Source: Bacillota bacterium
GTDB lineage: Bacteria > Bacillota_I > Bacilli_A > RF39 > UBA660
Direction: 5' to 3'
DNA length: 64,000 bases
Assembly: GCA_015059435.1 (NCBI GenBank)
Contig: SVAJ01000001.1
Coordinates: forward strand, 479,132 to 543,131
Shown: piece by piece, positions 25,540-34,741 of the stretch
Layout of the letters: each line of letters opens with the position of its first letter
Numbering within the stretch: the first letter of the stretch is position 1
Position numbers and translations under genes: made by a program
The notes under the pieces: generated by a model
Seen by the model: only the letters and a program-made list of their open reading frames with translations
Databases searched by the model: none
Told to the model about the DNA's origin: nothing

Positions 25540-25758
25540 TTATTCAGCAGTTTCTGTTGTAGTAAATCCATATTTTTTATTGAACTTATCAACACGTCCA
25601 GCACGAGATGCTCTACTTTGTTTTCCAGTATAGAATGGATGACATTTAGAACAAACTTCAACGCTTATTTCATCTTTTGTTGATTGGCAAGTGAATGTTT
25701 CTCCACATGCACAAGTTACTTTACAATCTTTAACTTCTGGATGAATTCCTTTTTTCAT
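25540..25758 (-). CDS. rpmE: 50S ribosomal protein L31 (zinc-binding type)
   Basis: 72 aa. MKKGIHPE...CxC...CSKCH. Confidence 0.85.
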   Translation of the reverse strand: MKKGIHPEVKDCKVTCACGETFTCQSTKDEISVEVCSKCHPFYTGKQSRASRAGRVDKFNKKYGFTTTETAE

Positions 25759-25829
25759 ACTATCTCTCCTTCCGCCATGACTTGTTAAGTCATAGTAATA
25801 AATGCGTTATTAGTATAACAATTATTTTA

Positions 25830-26549
25830 TTATTTGGCAAGTTTTTTAGTGATTTTTTCCACTATTTCTGTGGAAATTTCTTTATAACCTATAGAATTTG
25901 GATAGTTATTTGATGGATTTGACAAATATTTTAATGGATTATTATTTATGTTTTCACTATATATGTATATTACATTCTTATTATTTTTATATAATTCGTT
26001 TAATTTATCTATTCCTTTTAATAAATAATAATTACTTGTATTTGGTTTATAATAACCAATTATATAAATATCTTTTTGATAGTATTTTCTTATTTCTTTT
26101 ATTAAAATATTTAACGATTTATCTATATCAGTAATTATTCTATTTAGTTTATATTCATCCATATCTTCAGTAAGAGCTAGTCTATATATTAAATCATTTA
26201 TACCTATCGACATAGTTAATATTTCACTTTCACGTAGTGTTTGTTTAAAATTATTATCTTTTACTTTTCTATTTATAACTATATCTTTATATAGACTATC
26301 TATTGAAGCATTTTTATCAGTGAATGATTTATTATATTTATTCAGTATATTATTTTTCTTTAAGTGATCTCTTAAATAATCACTATATCCATAATTTATT
26401 TGATAATAAGAATCTATCCCCTTGGAATATCCATCTCCTATAGATATATATGATATATTATTTTTATTATTAGTCTTGTATATTGTAAATACTGAGCTAA
26501 TTATTATTAATAATAGAAGTGCTTTTTTATGTCTAATGATAATATTCAT
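25830..26549 (-). CDS. secreted SGNH/GDSL-like hydrolase
   Basis: 239 aa. Signal peptide, GDGYS block I and MSIGINDL block. Confidence 0.5.
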   Translation of the reverse strand: MNIIIRHKKALLLLIIISSVFTIYKTNNKNNISYISIGDGYSKGIDSYYQINYGYSDYLRDHLKKNNILNKYNKSFTDKNASIDSLYKDIVINRKVKDNNFKQTLRESEILTMSIGINDLIYRLALTEDMDEYKLNRIITDIDKSLNILIKEIRKYYQKDIYIIGYYKPNTSNYYLLKGIDKLNELYKNNKNVIYIYSENINNNPLKYLSNPSNNYPNSIGYKEISTEIVEKITKKLAK

Positions 26550-26580
26550 GTTTCCTCCACAAAAAAAGAAATATATTAGA

Positions 26581-27834
26581 TTATATTTCTTTGATTGTTA
26601 TTTTAGCACCTACTTCAGTTAATTTTTCTACTATTTGTTCATATCCTCTTAGAATGTGTTCAACATTAGTAATCTTTGTTTTTCCACTGGCAAGTAGGCC
26701 TGCCGCTACCATAGCTGCTCCGGCTCTTAAATCTGTTGCAACTACCTCTGTTCCTTTTAATGGAGTTGCACCCATAATTGTAGCAGTTTGGTTCTTAACT
26801 GTTATATCTGCACCTAAATTATTTAAGTATGGAATATGCATAAATCGATTTTCCCAAATAGTTTCTATTACTTTAGACTTTCCTTCTGCTTGAGTTAAAA
26901 GAATTGTAAACGGTTGTTGCAAGTCTGTTGGAAATCCAGGATATACAGCTGTTGTAATTGTAGTTGGTTTGTATTTCTCTGGCTTAGAAACTATTACGTA
27001 ATCTTGCCCGACATCTAATTTTACTCCAACTTCTTCTAGTTTTGAAAGTAGAGATTCTATATGTTCTGGAATAATATTATCTATTTTTAAATTATTACCA
27101 CATAATGCTCCCATTATTATATAACTTCCTGCTTCTATTCTATCTGGAATTACTTCATGGAAACATTTACCTAAGTGATCTACTCCTTCTATTTTTATTG
27201 TTGGAGTTCCTGCACCTGTTATTTTAGCTCCCATATTATTTAAGAATGTAGCAACATTTACTATTTCTGGTTCTTTTGCTGCATTATCAATTATAGTAGT
27301 TCCTTTTGCTTTTACTGCAGCTAACATAATATTGATTGTTGCTCCTACTGATGCAAAATCTAGATAAATATTAGCTCCCCTTAATTCATCAGCTTCTACT
27401 GTATATTTATTTTTTTCATTTGTTACTTTTGCTCCTAGTGCTTCAAAACCTTTTAAATGTAAATCTATTGGTCGTGCACCAATTGAGCATCCTCCAGGAA
27501 AATACATTACTGCTTTTTTATATTTTCCTAGTAGAGCTCCCATAAAATAGTAAGATGCTCTTAATTTTTTAGAAAATGATTCAGCTATTTCAATATTTTC
27601 CATATTTTCTGGATTGATAATAATACTTTCACTTGCTCTTTTAATATCTACTTTTAATTCTTTTAAAATATTGCATAGAGCATCAGTATCAGTTATTTCT
27701 GGAACATTACAAATAGTAGCTTCTTCATCAGTTAGAATAGCAGCTGGTATTAATGCAACTGTTGCATTTTTTGCCCCACTTATTCTGATAGTTCCTTTTA
27801 ATTCTTTTTGTCCTTCTAGCTCCATTATTTTCAT
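26581..27834 (-). CDS. murA: UDP-N-acetylglucosamine 1-carboxyvinyltransferase
   Basis: 417 aa EPSP-synthase fold. N-terminus ...RISGAKNA. Confidence 0.9.
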   Translation of the reverse strand: MKIMELEGQKELKGTIRISGAKNATVALIPAAILTDEEATICNVPEITDTDALCNILKELKVDIKRASESIIINPENMENIEIAESFSKKLRASYYFMGALLGKYKKAVMYFPGGCSIGARPIDLHLKGFEALGAKVTNEKNKYTVEADELRGANIYLDFASVGATINIMLAAVKAKGTTIIDNAAKEPEIVNVATFLNNMGAKITGAGTPTIKIEGVDHLGKCFHEVIPDRIEAGSYIIMGALCGNNLKIDNIIPEHIESLLSKLEEVGVKLDVGQDYVIVSKPEKYKPTTITTAVYPGFPTDLQQPFTILLTQAEGKSKVIETIWENRFMHIPYLNNLGADITVKNQTATIMGATPLKGTEVVATDLRAGAAMVAAGLLASGKTKITNVEHILRGYEQIVEKLTEVGAKITIKEI

Positions 27835-27858
27835 AATATTATTCCTCCTTATTATAGT

Positions 27859-28704
27859 TTATATTCTAGTACCAAATAAAGTTACTACTTGATCTATCTT
27901 TTCTTTTATAGCTTTTTCTCCACTTTTGATTATTTTTCTAGGATCATAGACATCTTTTTGTTCTTCTAGAAATTTTCTAACTTCTTTACTCCATACATAT
28001 TGTAGGTCTGTATTAACATTAATTTTTGATATACCACAACTAATTGCTTGCTTTATTTTTTCTTCTGGTATACCTGAACCACCATGAAGTACTAGTGGTA
28101 TAGGAAGTGCTTCATCTATTTGTTTCATTCTTTCAAAGTCTAAATTTGCTTCTCCTTTATAGAATCCATGCACACTACCTAGTGCAGGTGCAATTGCATC
28201 TATTTTTGTTTCTTCATATAATTTTATACATTCTTCTAGTTTAGCATTAGTTTCTCTTGAATCTTCACTGCTAATGTTTTCTTCTATATGACCTACTTCT
28301 GCTTCTACTGTGATATTTCTTTCATGTGCATAGTCTACTACTTGTTTTGTTATCTTTATATTTTCTTCCAATGGTAATTTTGATGCATCTATCATAACAG
28401 ATGAGAATCCAGCATCTATTGCGTTAATACAGTTTTCTAGACTACTTCCATGATCCAAATGTAGACATACATCTATTCTTATATTTAAATCTTCTATTAG
28501 TCCTTTTACAATATTAGCTACTGTATTGTATCCTCCCATATATTTAACTGCACCTTCACTTACACCTAAAATCACAGGAATATTTAATTCATTACATTCT
28601 TCTAGAATAAATTTTGTCCACTCTAAATTATTTATATTAAAATGGGGTACTGCATATTTATTTTCTTTTGCTTTTAAAAGCATATCATTAAAGTTTACTA
28701 ACAC
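27859..28704 (-). CDS. fba: class II fructose-bisphosphate aldolase
   Basis: 281 aa. HFNINNLEW, HLDHG, VHGFY motifs. Confidence 0.9.
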   Translation of the reverse strand: MLVNFNDMLLKAKENKYAVPHFNINNLEWTKFILEECNELNIPVILGVSEGAVKYMGGYNTVANIVKGLIEDLNIRIDVCLHLDHGSSLENCINAIDAGFSSVMIDASKLPLEENIKITKQVVDYAHERNITVEAEVGHIEENISSEDSRETNAKLEECIKLYEETKIDAIAPALGSVHGFYKGEANLDFERMKQIDEALPIPLVLHGGSGIPEEKIKQAISCGISKINVNTDLQYVWSKEVRKFLEEQKDVYDPRKIIKSGEKAIKEKIDQVVTLFGTRI

Positions 28705-28763
28705 TTATATCACCTAATATAATTATAGGGAATTTGACTTTTATAGTCAACAATATTAAGGAA

Positions 28764-29297
28764 TTATTGGGGTAATAATAAATATTTTACAGATAACATT
28801 AGTAATATTATTATGCCTAAGTAGATAGCTTTTTTTCCAAATTTATCACTTATCTTTTTACCTAGTATTAATCCTAGGAAAGTAAAAGTAAAACTTGTTA
28901 TTGAAAAAATTAAATAAGCTATCGCGGGATTTTTTTCTGTTAGAGATAGGGCTATTCCTACTGAAAGGCTATCGATACTAACTGTTATAGCAAATATTAT
29001 CATTGAACTTAGGTTATTTATAGTTACTTTTTTTTCTTCATTTCTTGAGATAAACATTTCTATAGCTAATAGTATAAATACTACTGAAACTATTATATTT
29101 GATTTATTTATTAAATTATTTATTACAGATGTACCTATTATTGATCCTAAAAGCGGCATTATAAAATGAAATATTCCTACTATTAGACTTAAAATAATTG
29201 TTTTTTTGAATTTTATATTATTTGTTCCGTATGCTAGAGCTAGAGAAAAAGCATCCATACTAAGTCCTACTGCAATAAAAAAATATATAAGTATCAT
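28764..29297 (-). CDS. MntP/YtaF (DUF204) family membrane protein, putative Mn efflux
   Basis: 177 aa, 6 TM. LSMDAFSLALAYG motif. Confidence 0.55.
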   Translation of the reverse strand: MILIYFFIAVGLSMDAFSLALAYGTNNIKFKKTIILSLIVGIFHFIMPLLGSIIGTSVINNLINKSNIIVSVVFILLAIEMFISRNEEKKVTINNLSSMIIFAITVSIDSLSVGIALSLTEKNPAIAYLIFSITSFTFTFLGLILGKKISDKFGKKAIYLGIIILLMLSVKYLLLPQ

Positions 29298-29331
29298 TGT
29301 ATCACCTTATATATTTTATTTATTTATAATA

Positions 29332-29844
29332 TTAAAAATACTTATCTATTACTTCTTTGATGAATGATTTATACTCTATATCTGTAGTATCTTGTTCATC
29401 CTCTGCTTCTAATAAGCATAATGGTGGGAATAATACACACCAAAAGTTTTCTCCTAATCCATCTCCTAAAGTTATTACTAATGATTCATAATCTCCCTCT
29501 TCATATACTGTTCCTTTATATTCTTTTTCTGGGAAATGATTAATACCATAATTAATCTTATAGTTTTGGTTATTTAAAGTTTGTTCTATTACTTGTTTAA
29601 ATTCTGGAAGAGTGTTTTTTATATATTCTCTTGAATTTTCTATATTCATATTTTTATTCTCTAATTCTAGTATATTATTACTTAAATTATAAACTATCTT
29701 CTTCTTAATTATTTGATCTTCTTTGGAGTTACTGTTTGCAATTACTCTAAATCTTATTGAGTTTTTTGGTATCACTACTTTTTCTTCCTTATTTAAAGAT
29801 AGTATTGTTATTATAATAGCTAGAAAAATAATAATTTTTTTCAT
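29332..29844 (-). CDS. spoIIR: stage II sporulation protein R
   Basis: 170 aa. Signal peptide, IRFRVIANSNSKEDQ and GENFWCVLFPPLCL signatures. The spoIIR-prmC-prfA order is as in Bacillus. Confidence 0.75.
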   Translation of the reverse strand: MKKIIIFLAIIITILSLNKEEKVVIPKNSIRFRVIANSNSKEDQIIKKKIVYNLSNNILELENKNMNIENSREYIKNTLPEFKQVIEQTLNNQNYKINYGINHFPEKEYKGTVYEEGDYESLVITLGDGLGENFWCVLFPPLCLLEAEDEQDTTDIEYKSFIKEVIDKYF

Positions 29845-29889
29845 GTAAAAACCTCACTTTCAAGTATATAGTGAGGTTTTTATATTTTT

Positions 29890-30714
29890 TTATTCAATAT
29901 TTTTAAAAATAAATACCATTCTGTCTTTTTTTGATAAATCTTTTTTTATTTCCACTCTTACATTATCTAGGTTTTCTTCTACTAATTTTTTTATATCGTC
30001 TGCTTGAGTATAACCTATTTCAAAAGCTATTATACATTTATCTTTCATATAGTTTTTAACTTCTTTTAATATTTTTTTGTAGCAATCTAATCCATCTATA
30101 CCTGCGTATAATGCTAGATGTGGTTCATTTTCTTTTACTATATCTTCAATTACTTCGTTTGTTTTAATATATGGTGGATTACTAATAATTACATCATATT
30201 TTTTATTAACATTTTCGAAGAAATCACTTTTTATTAAATTAGCGTTGGAATTAAGATTTCCACAATTTATGTTAGTAACTTCTAGGGCTTTTTCACTAAT
30301 ATCTATTAAATCCACAGAATTTGTGGAAACTTTTTTTTCTAATGTAAGTCCTATTACTCCACTACCACATCCTAAATCTATTATATCCACAGGTTCTGTG
30401 AAGTATTCATTTATATATTTTATAGTATTTTCAACTAATTCTTCTGTTTCAAAACGTGGTATTAATACATTTTCATTAATATAAAACTTATTACCAAAGA
30501 AATTAACATTACCTATGACATATTGAAGTGGTTTTCCATCTTTCATAGCTTGCATTTCTTTTTTAAATATTTCTACTTTTTCTTCTTCCACATAATCATT
30601 TAAATGATTTAATAATTCTAGTGGATTTAAATTTAGTAACTCTCCTAGTAATATTTTTACGTAATCAGAATGAGTATACTCTTTTCCATACACTATTAAT
30701 TCTTCTACTTTCAT
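29890..30714 (-). CDS. prmC: release factor glutamine N5-methyltransferase
   Basis: 274 aa. DLGCGSGVIG and NPPY (IISNPPYI). Confidence 0.85.
   Translation of the reverse strand: MKVEELIVYGKEYTHSDYVKILLGELLNLNPLELLNHLNDYVEEEKVEIFKKEMQAMKDGKPLQYVIGNVNFFGNKFYINENVLIPRFETEELVENTIKYINEYFTEPVDIIDLGCGSGVIGLTLEKKVSTNSVDLIDISEKALEVTNINCGNLNSNANLIKSDFFENVNKKYDVIISNPPYIKTNEVIEDIVKENEPHLALYAGIDGLDCYKKILKEVKNYMKDKCIIAFEIGYTQADDIKKLVEENLDNVRVEIKKDLSKKDRMVFIFKNIE
30311..30338 (+). repeat. intragenic palindrome TCCACA-gaatt-TGTGGA followed by a T8 run (plus-strand terminator-like), inside prmC
   Basis: Read directly from the sequence. A second imperfect copy, ATATCCACAG-gtt-CTGTGAA, lies at 30384..30402. 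Confidence 0.45.
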
Positions 30715-30829
30715 ATATTTTCCTTATTTCTTTTTTTATAACTGATATATTTTTCTTTCTTTACATATAGGTCTGGGTAATCTTATAATATTGCCACATT
30801 CTGAACATATAAAATCTGATAATAAAATC

Positions 30830-31918
30830 TTACTCTTCTTCATTTCCAGCTAATTTTCTTTTTTGATCTTCTTGAATTAAAGCATTTATTACATCATCTA
30901 AATCTCCATCCATTACTCTGTCTAGATTTTTTGTAGTAAATCCAATTCTATGATCTGTAACTCTGTTTTGTGGATAGTTATAAGTTCTTATTTTTTCTGC
31001 TCTATCTCCAGAACCTATCTTACTTCTTCTTTCGTTACCTTCTTTTTCTAATCTTTCTTGTTCTTGTAATTCATAAAGTCTTGTTTTTAATACTTTCATA
31101 GCTTGTTCTTTATTTTGAATTTGACTTCTTTCATTTTGACAAGTTACTACTGTATTAGTTGGTAAGTGAGTAATTCTAACTGCTGAATCTGTTGTGTTTA
31201 CTCCTTGTCCTCCACAGCCACTTGAACGATAGATATCAATTCTTAAATCATTTGGATTGATTTCAATATCTACATCTTCGTCTGCTTCTGGCATTACAAG
31301 TACTGTAGCTGTTGATGTTTGAAGACGTCCGTTTGATTCAGTAACAGGAACTCTTTGTACTCTATGTGAACCACTTTCATATTTTAATAATGAGTAAGCA
31401 TTAGAACCTTTTATAATAAATTCTATTTGGGAAAAACCTCCTGCAGTACCATCTACAGAGTTATATACTTGATATGAAAAACCTTGTTTTTCAGCATATC
31501 TTGTATACATTCTAAATAAGTCTCCAGCAAATATATTAGCTTCGTCTCCTCCGGCTGCTCCTCTTATTTCCATAACAACATTTTTTCCATCGTTAGGATC
31601 TTTAGGTATTAATAGTATTTCTAATTCTTTATCTAATTCAATTTTTTCTGCTTCTAGTGCTTTTAATTCTTCTTTAGCCATTTCTCCTATTTCAGGATCT
31701 TTACTCATTTCTTTGGCTTCTTCTATTCCTTCTAATACTTTTTTATATTTTCTATAACATAGGACAGTATCTTCTATAGTAGAAACTTCTTTTGATAATT
31801 CTCTTGTCTTTTTGATATCACTTAATACTTCTGGGTCAGTAAGCTGTTTTTGTAATTCATCATATTTTTTTTCAGCTAATTCTAAACGTTCTATCATTTT
31901 ATCACCCTTTCCTCTCAA
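30830..31918 (-). CDS. prfA: peptide chain release factor 1
   Basis: 362 aa. PVT tripeptide (RVQRVPVTESNGR) and GGQ. Confidence 0.9.
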   Translation of the reverse strand: MRGKGDKMIERLELAEKKYDELQKQLTDPEVLSDIKKTRELSKEVSTIEDTVLCYRKYKKVLEGIEEAKEMSKDPEIGEMAKEELKALEAEKIELDKELEILLIPKDPNDGKNVVMEIRGAAGGDEANIFAGDLFRMYTRYAEKQGFSYQVYNSVDGTAGGFSQIEFIIKGSNAYSLLKYESGSHRVQRVPVTESNGRLQTSTATVLVMPEADEDVDIEINPNDLRIDIYRSSGCGGQGVNTTDSAVRITHLPTNTVVTCQNERSQIQNKEQAMKVLKTRLYELQEQERLEKEGNERRSKIGSGDRAEKIRTYNYPQNRVTDHRIGFTTKNLDRVMDGDLDDVINALIQEDQKRKLAGNEEE

Positions 31919-31961
31919 TCACTTGGTATTATAACATTTTTTAGTAAAAAAAACTAGATTT

Positions 31962-32408
31962 TTATTCTAGTTCTAATTCATCTTCATCGATTATTACTAA
32001 ATCTTTTAATTCTTCATTAGTATCATCATCATATTCGTCTTCTTTATCATCATAGTTGTCTTCATCTTCTTCATCAATATCTGATGTTTCTATTTCTTCT
32101 TTTATTTCTTCGTCTTCTTCTTCATCTTCTTCATCAGATACTTTTACTACTTTATCAGATTTATATCTACTTCTTAAATCCCAAGTACCATCTTCTAATA
32201 AAATAAATCTTTTATCTGTTGCTAAAGCTGTATAATAATCAGCAATTTTATCCTCAAAAGTCTTTTTTGGAAGTTCTAATAATTCTATTATTTTTTTAAA
32301 TAAATCTGCTGTATTTATTGGCTTTTTACTTTCTTCTAATAATAAATTTGTTATATCTTTATTTGATAATAATTCTAATTCTTCTTTAGACATTTTTTTA
32401 ATGCTCAT
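31962..32408 (-). CDS. rpoE: RNA polymerase delta subunit
   Basis: 148 aa. N-terminal HARE-HTH-like domain plus a poly-acidic C-terminal tail. Confidence 0.7.
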   Translation of the reverse strand: MSIKKMSKEELELLSNKDITNLLLEESKKPINTADLFKKIIELLELPKKTFEDKIADYYTALATDKRFILLEDGTWDLRSRYKSDKVVKVSDEEDEEEDEEIKEEIETSDIDEEDEDNYDDKEDEYDDDTNEELKDLVIIDEDELELE

Positions 32409-32516
32409 ATTGTCCTCCTATATTTATTTAAAACATTATATGTATATGTTAATTTTTTGTTTAATATAAACACCAATAAACTTATAACATATATCATTAT
32501 TAAATACAACACTTTT

Positions 32517-34265
32517 TTACATTTTTGATGGAACTTTTATTCCTAATATATCTAATAACATTGTATTTATGCTATAAATAATTTTTGTTAATGTTAACCA
32601 AGAAGTTTGTAAGTTATTATCTTCTTCTGTTAATATTTTATTTTCTGCATAAAATTTATTATATAGTGATGTTAATTTATACATGTAATCTGCTATATCA
32701 TTTAATGATTTTGATTCTAGTGATTTATCTAATACTACTGGTAAGTTTAATATTGTTAAAGCTAAATCTTTTTCTGTTTCTGTTTTAATTTTTGTAATTT
32801 TATCCATAGATAAATCATTTGCTTTTTCTAATAAAGACTTCATTCTAATTGTTGAATATAGTAAGTATGGACCTGTTTTACCTTCAATTGATGCAAATTT
32901 TTCTACTTCAAATATATAATCTGTTTTTCTATATGGTATTAAATCTGCATACTTTAAAGCTGCAATTGCAACTGTTTTTGCTATTTCTTCTTTTTCTTCT
33001 TCTGGTACTGTTTCTGGATTAACTCTTTTTAATGTTTCTTCATTTACTAAATTTATTAAATTTTTTAGCGACATTACTCCACCATCTCTAGTTTTAAATG
33101 GTTTACCATCTTTACCATTCATTGTCCCAAATCCAATGTGTTCTAATACAACATTGTCATCTACAACTTTTCCTAGTCTTGCAGCACGGAATACTTGTTC
33201 AAAGTGAAGTGATTGTCTATCATCTACTACATACCACATTTCATCTGGATTATAGTTTTTCTTTCTTTCTATTATTGCAGCTAAATCTGTAGAATCATAT
33301 GATTTAGATCCGTTTGATTTTACTATTAATAATGGTGGCATTGGTGCATTATCTTCTTCTGTTGCTACTTCTATTACTTTGGCACCCTCACTATCAGTAA
33401 GTAATCCTTTAGATTCATATATTTCTATTAAATCATCAAAGAATTCCATTTCATCGCTTTCACCATTCCATATTTCGAATGATGTATTTAAATCATCATA
33501 TACTTTTTTAATATCTTCTTTTGAGATATCTACTATTCTTTTCCATAAATCATAGTATCCTCTTTCATGATTTTGGAATTTAGTTGTGATTTGTCTAGCT
33601 TCTTCTAAATATTCTTCATCTTCTTTTGCTTTTGTAGATGCAAGTGGATATATACGTTCTAAATCCTCATTTGTTATTGGTAACTCTATTTCACTATAGT
33701 CTCCATTATATTCTTCATTAAAATATTCTAATTCTGGATACATATCTTTTATTTCTTTGATTACTAGTCCTAGTGGTCTTCCATAATCACCTAAATGAGC
33801 ATCACCTAAAACTTCATATCCTAAAGTTCTAGCTAATCTTTTTAAAGCTTCTCCTATATTAGCACTTCTTAAATGTCCTACGTGTAATGCTTTGGAAACA
33901 TTTGCTCCACCGTAGTCAATAATCACTTTTTTAGGTTCTTTCTTATCTATATTTTCATCTAGGTTATCAGTTAATTTATTTAGACATTCAATTAAATATT
34001 CATCTGTTAAAGTAATATTAATAAATCCTGGTCCAGCAATATTTAAATTAGTAAATCTATTATCTTTTTCTAATTCCGTTACTATATCAGTTGCTATTTC
34101 ACGTGGATTTTTGTGATATTCTCTAGCTAAATTCATAGCATCATTTATTTGAAATTGACCTAAATCTGGTCTACCTGATGGTTGTAGTACTAAATTTTCT
34201 ACTTCATATCCAGCATTTTTAATTATTCCATTAATATCGTTAGTTAAACTTTTAATTATACTCAT
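32517..34265 (-). CDS. argS: arginine--tRNA ligase
   Basis: 582 aa. HVGH (ALHVGHLRS) class I signature and a DALR anticodon-binding C-terminus. Confidence 0.9.
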   Translation of the reverse strand: MSIIKSLTNDINGIIKNAGYEVENLVLQPSGRPDLGQFQINDAMNLAREYHKNPREIATDIVTELEKDNRFTNLNIAGPGFINITLTDEYLIECLNKLTDNLDENIDKKEPKKVIIDYGGANVSKALHVGHLRSANIGEALKRLARTLGYEVLGDAHLGDYGRPLGLVIKEIKDMYPELEYFNEEYNGDYSEIELPITNEDLERIYPLASTKAKEDEEYLEEARQITTKFQNHERGYYDLWKRIVDISKEDIKKVYDDLNTSFEIWNGESDEMEFFDDLIEIYESKGLLTDSEGAKVIEVATEEDNAPMPPLLIVKSNGSKSYDSTDLAAIIERKKNYNPDEMWYVVDDRQSLHFEQVFRAARLGKVVDDNVVLEHIGFGTMNGKDGKPFKTRDGGVMSLKNLINLVNEETLKRVNPETVPEEEKEEIAKTVAIAALKYADLIPYRKTDYIFEVEKFASIEGKTGPYLLYSTIRMKSLLEKANDLSMDKITKIKTETEKDLALTILNLPVVLDKSLESKSLNDIADYMYKLTSLYNKFYAENKILTEEDNNLQTSWLTLTKIIYSINTMLLDILGIKVPSKM

Positions 34266-34266
34266 A

Positions 34267-34632
34267 TTAATTCTCCTTTACTTTTATACTATATACAAAT
34301 TCTTGGTTTTCTACTGAGAATTTTATTTTTATATTATGATCATTTATTTCTAATTTAATAGTTTTTAATTTAACATAAAGAGTTTTATTTAAATCCTTAA
34401 CTGTTATTATTCCTTCAGTTTCTTTATTAGTATCAAATCTATATTCCATATCTAATGAACTATTACTTCGTCGTAATATATTCTCATCATATAAATACTC
34501 TACTTTTGTTTTCTCTTCTGTTGGTTCAAAATAAGTTAAGATATTTTTCTCTTTATTTAAGTTACCTATTAATTCGTATTTTGATTTTTCTTCTTGACTA
34601 GAAAGATCAATTTTTAACTTTAATTTAGGCAT
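34267..34632 (-). CDS. DUF1934 protein (YwiB-like)
   Basis: 121 aa. Immediately upstream of argS, as ywiB-argS is in Bacillus. Confidence 0.55.
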   Translation of the reverse strand: MPKLKLKIDLSSQEEKSKYELIGNLNKEKNILTYFEPTEEKTKVEYLYDENILRRSNSSLDMEYRFDTNKETEGIITVKDLNKTLYVKLKTIKLEINDHNIKIKFSVENQEFVYSIKVKEN

Positions 34633-34741
34633 ATAAACACCTCTTTTTAAATTTACAGTTTAGATTATAACATATGTTTGTAAATTTTGATACATATTTT
34701 TACTTTAATTTTAAATAATAGTAAGGAAAGGTGGGTTTTAT

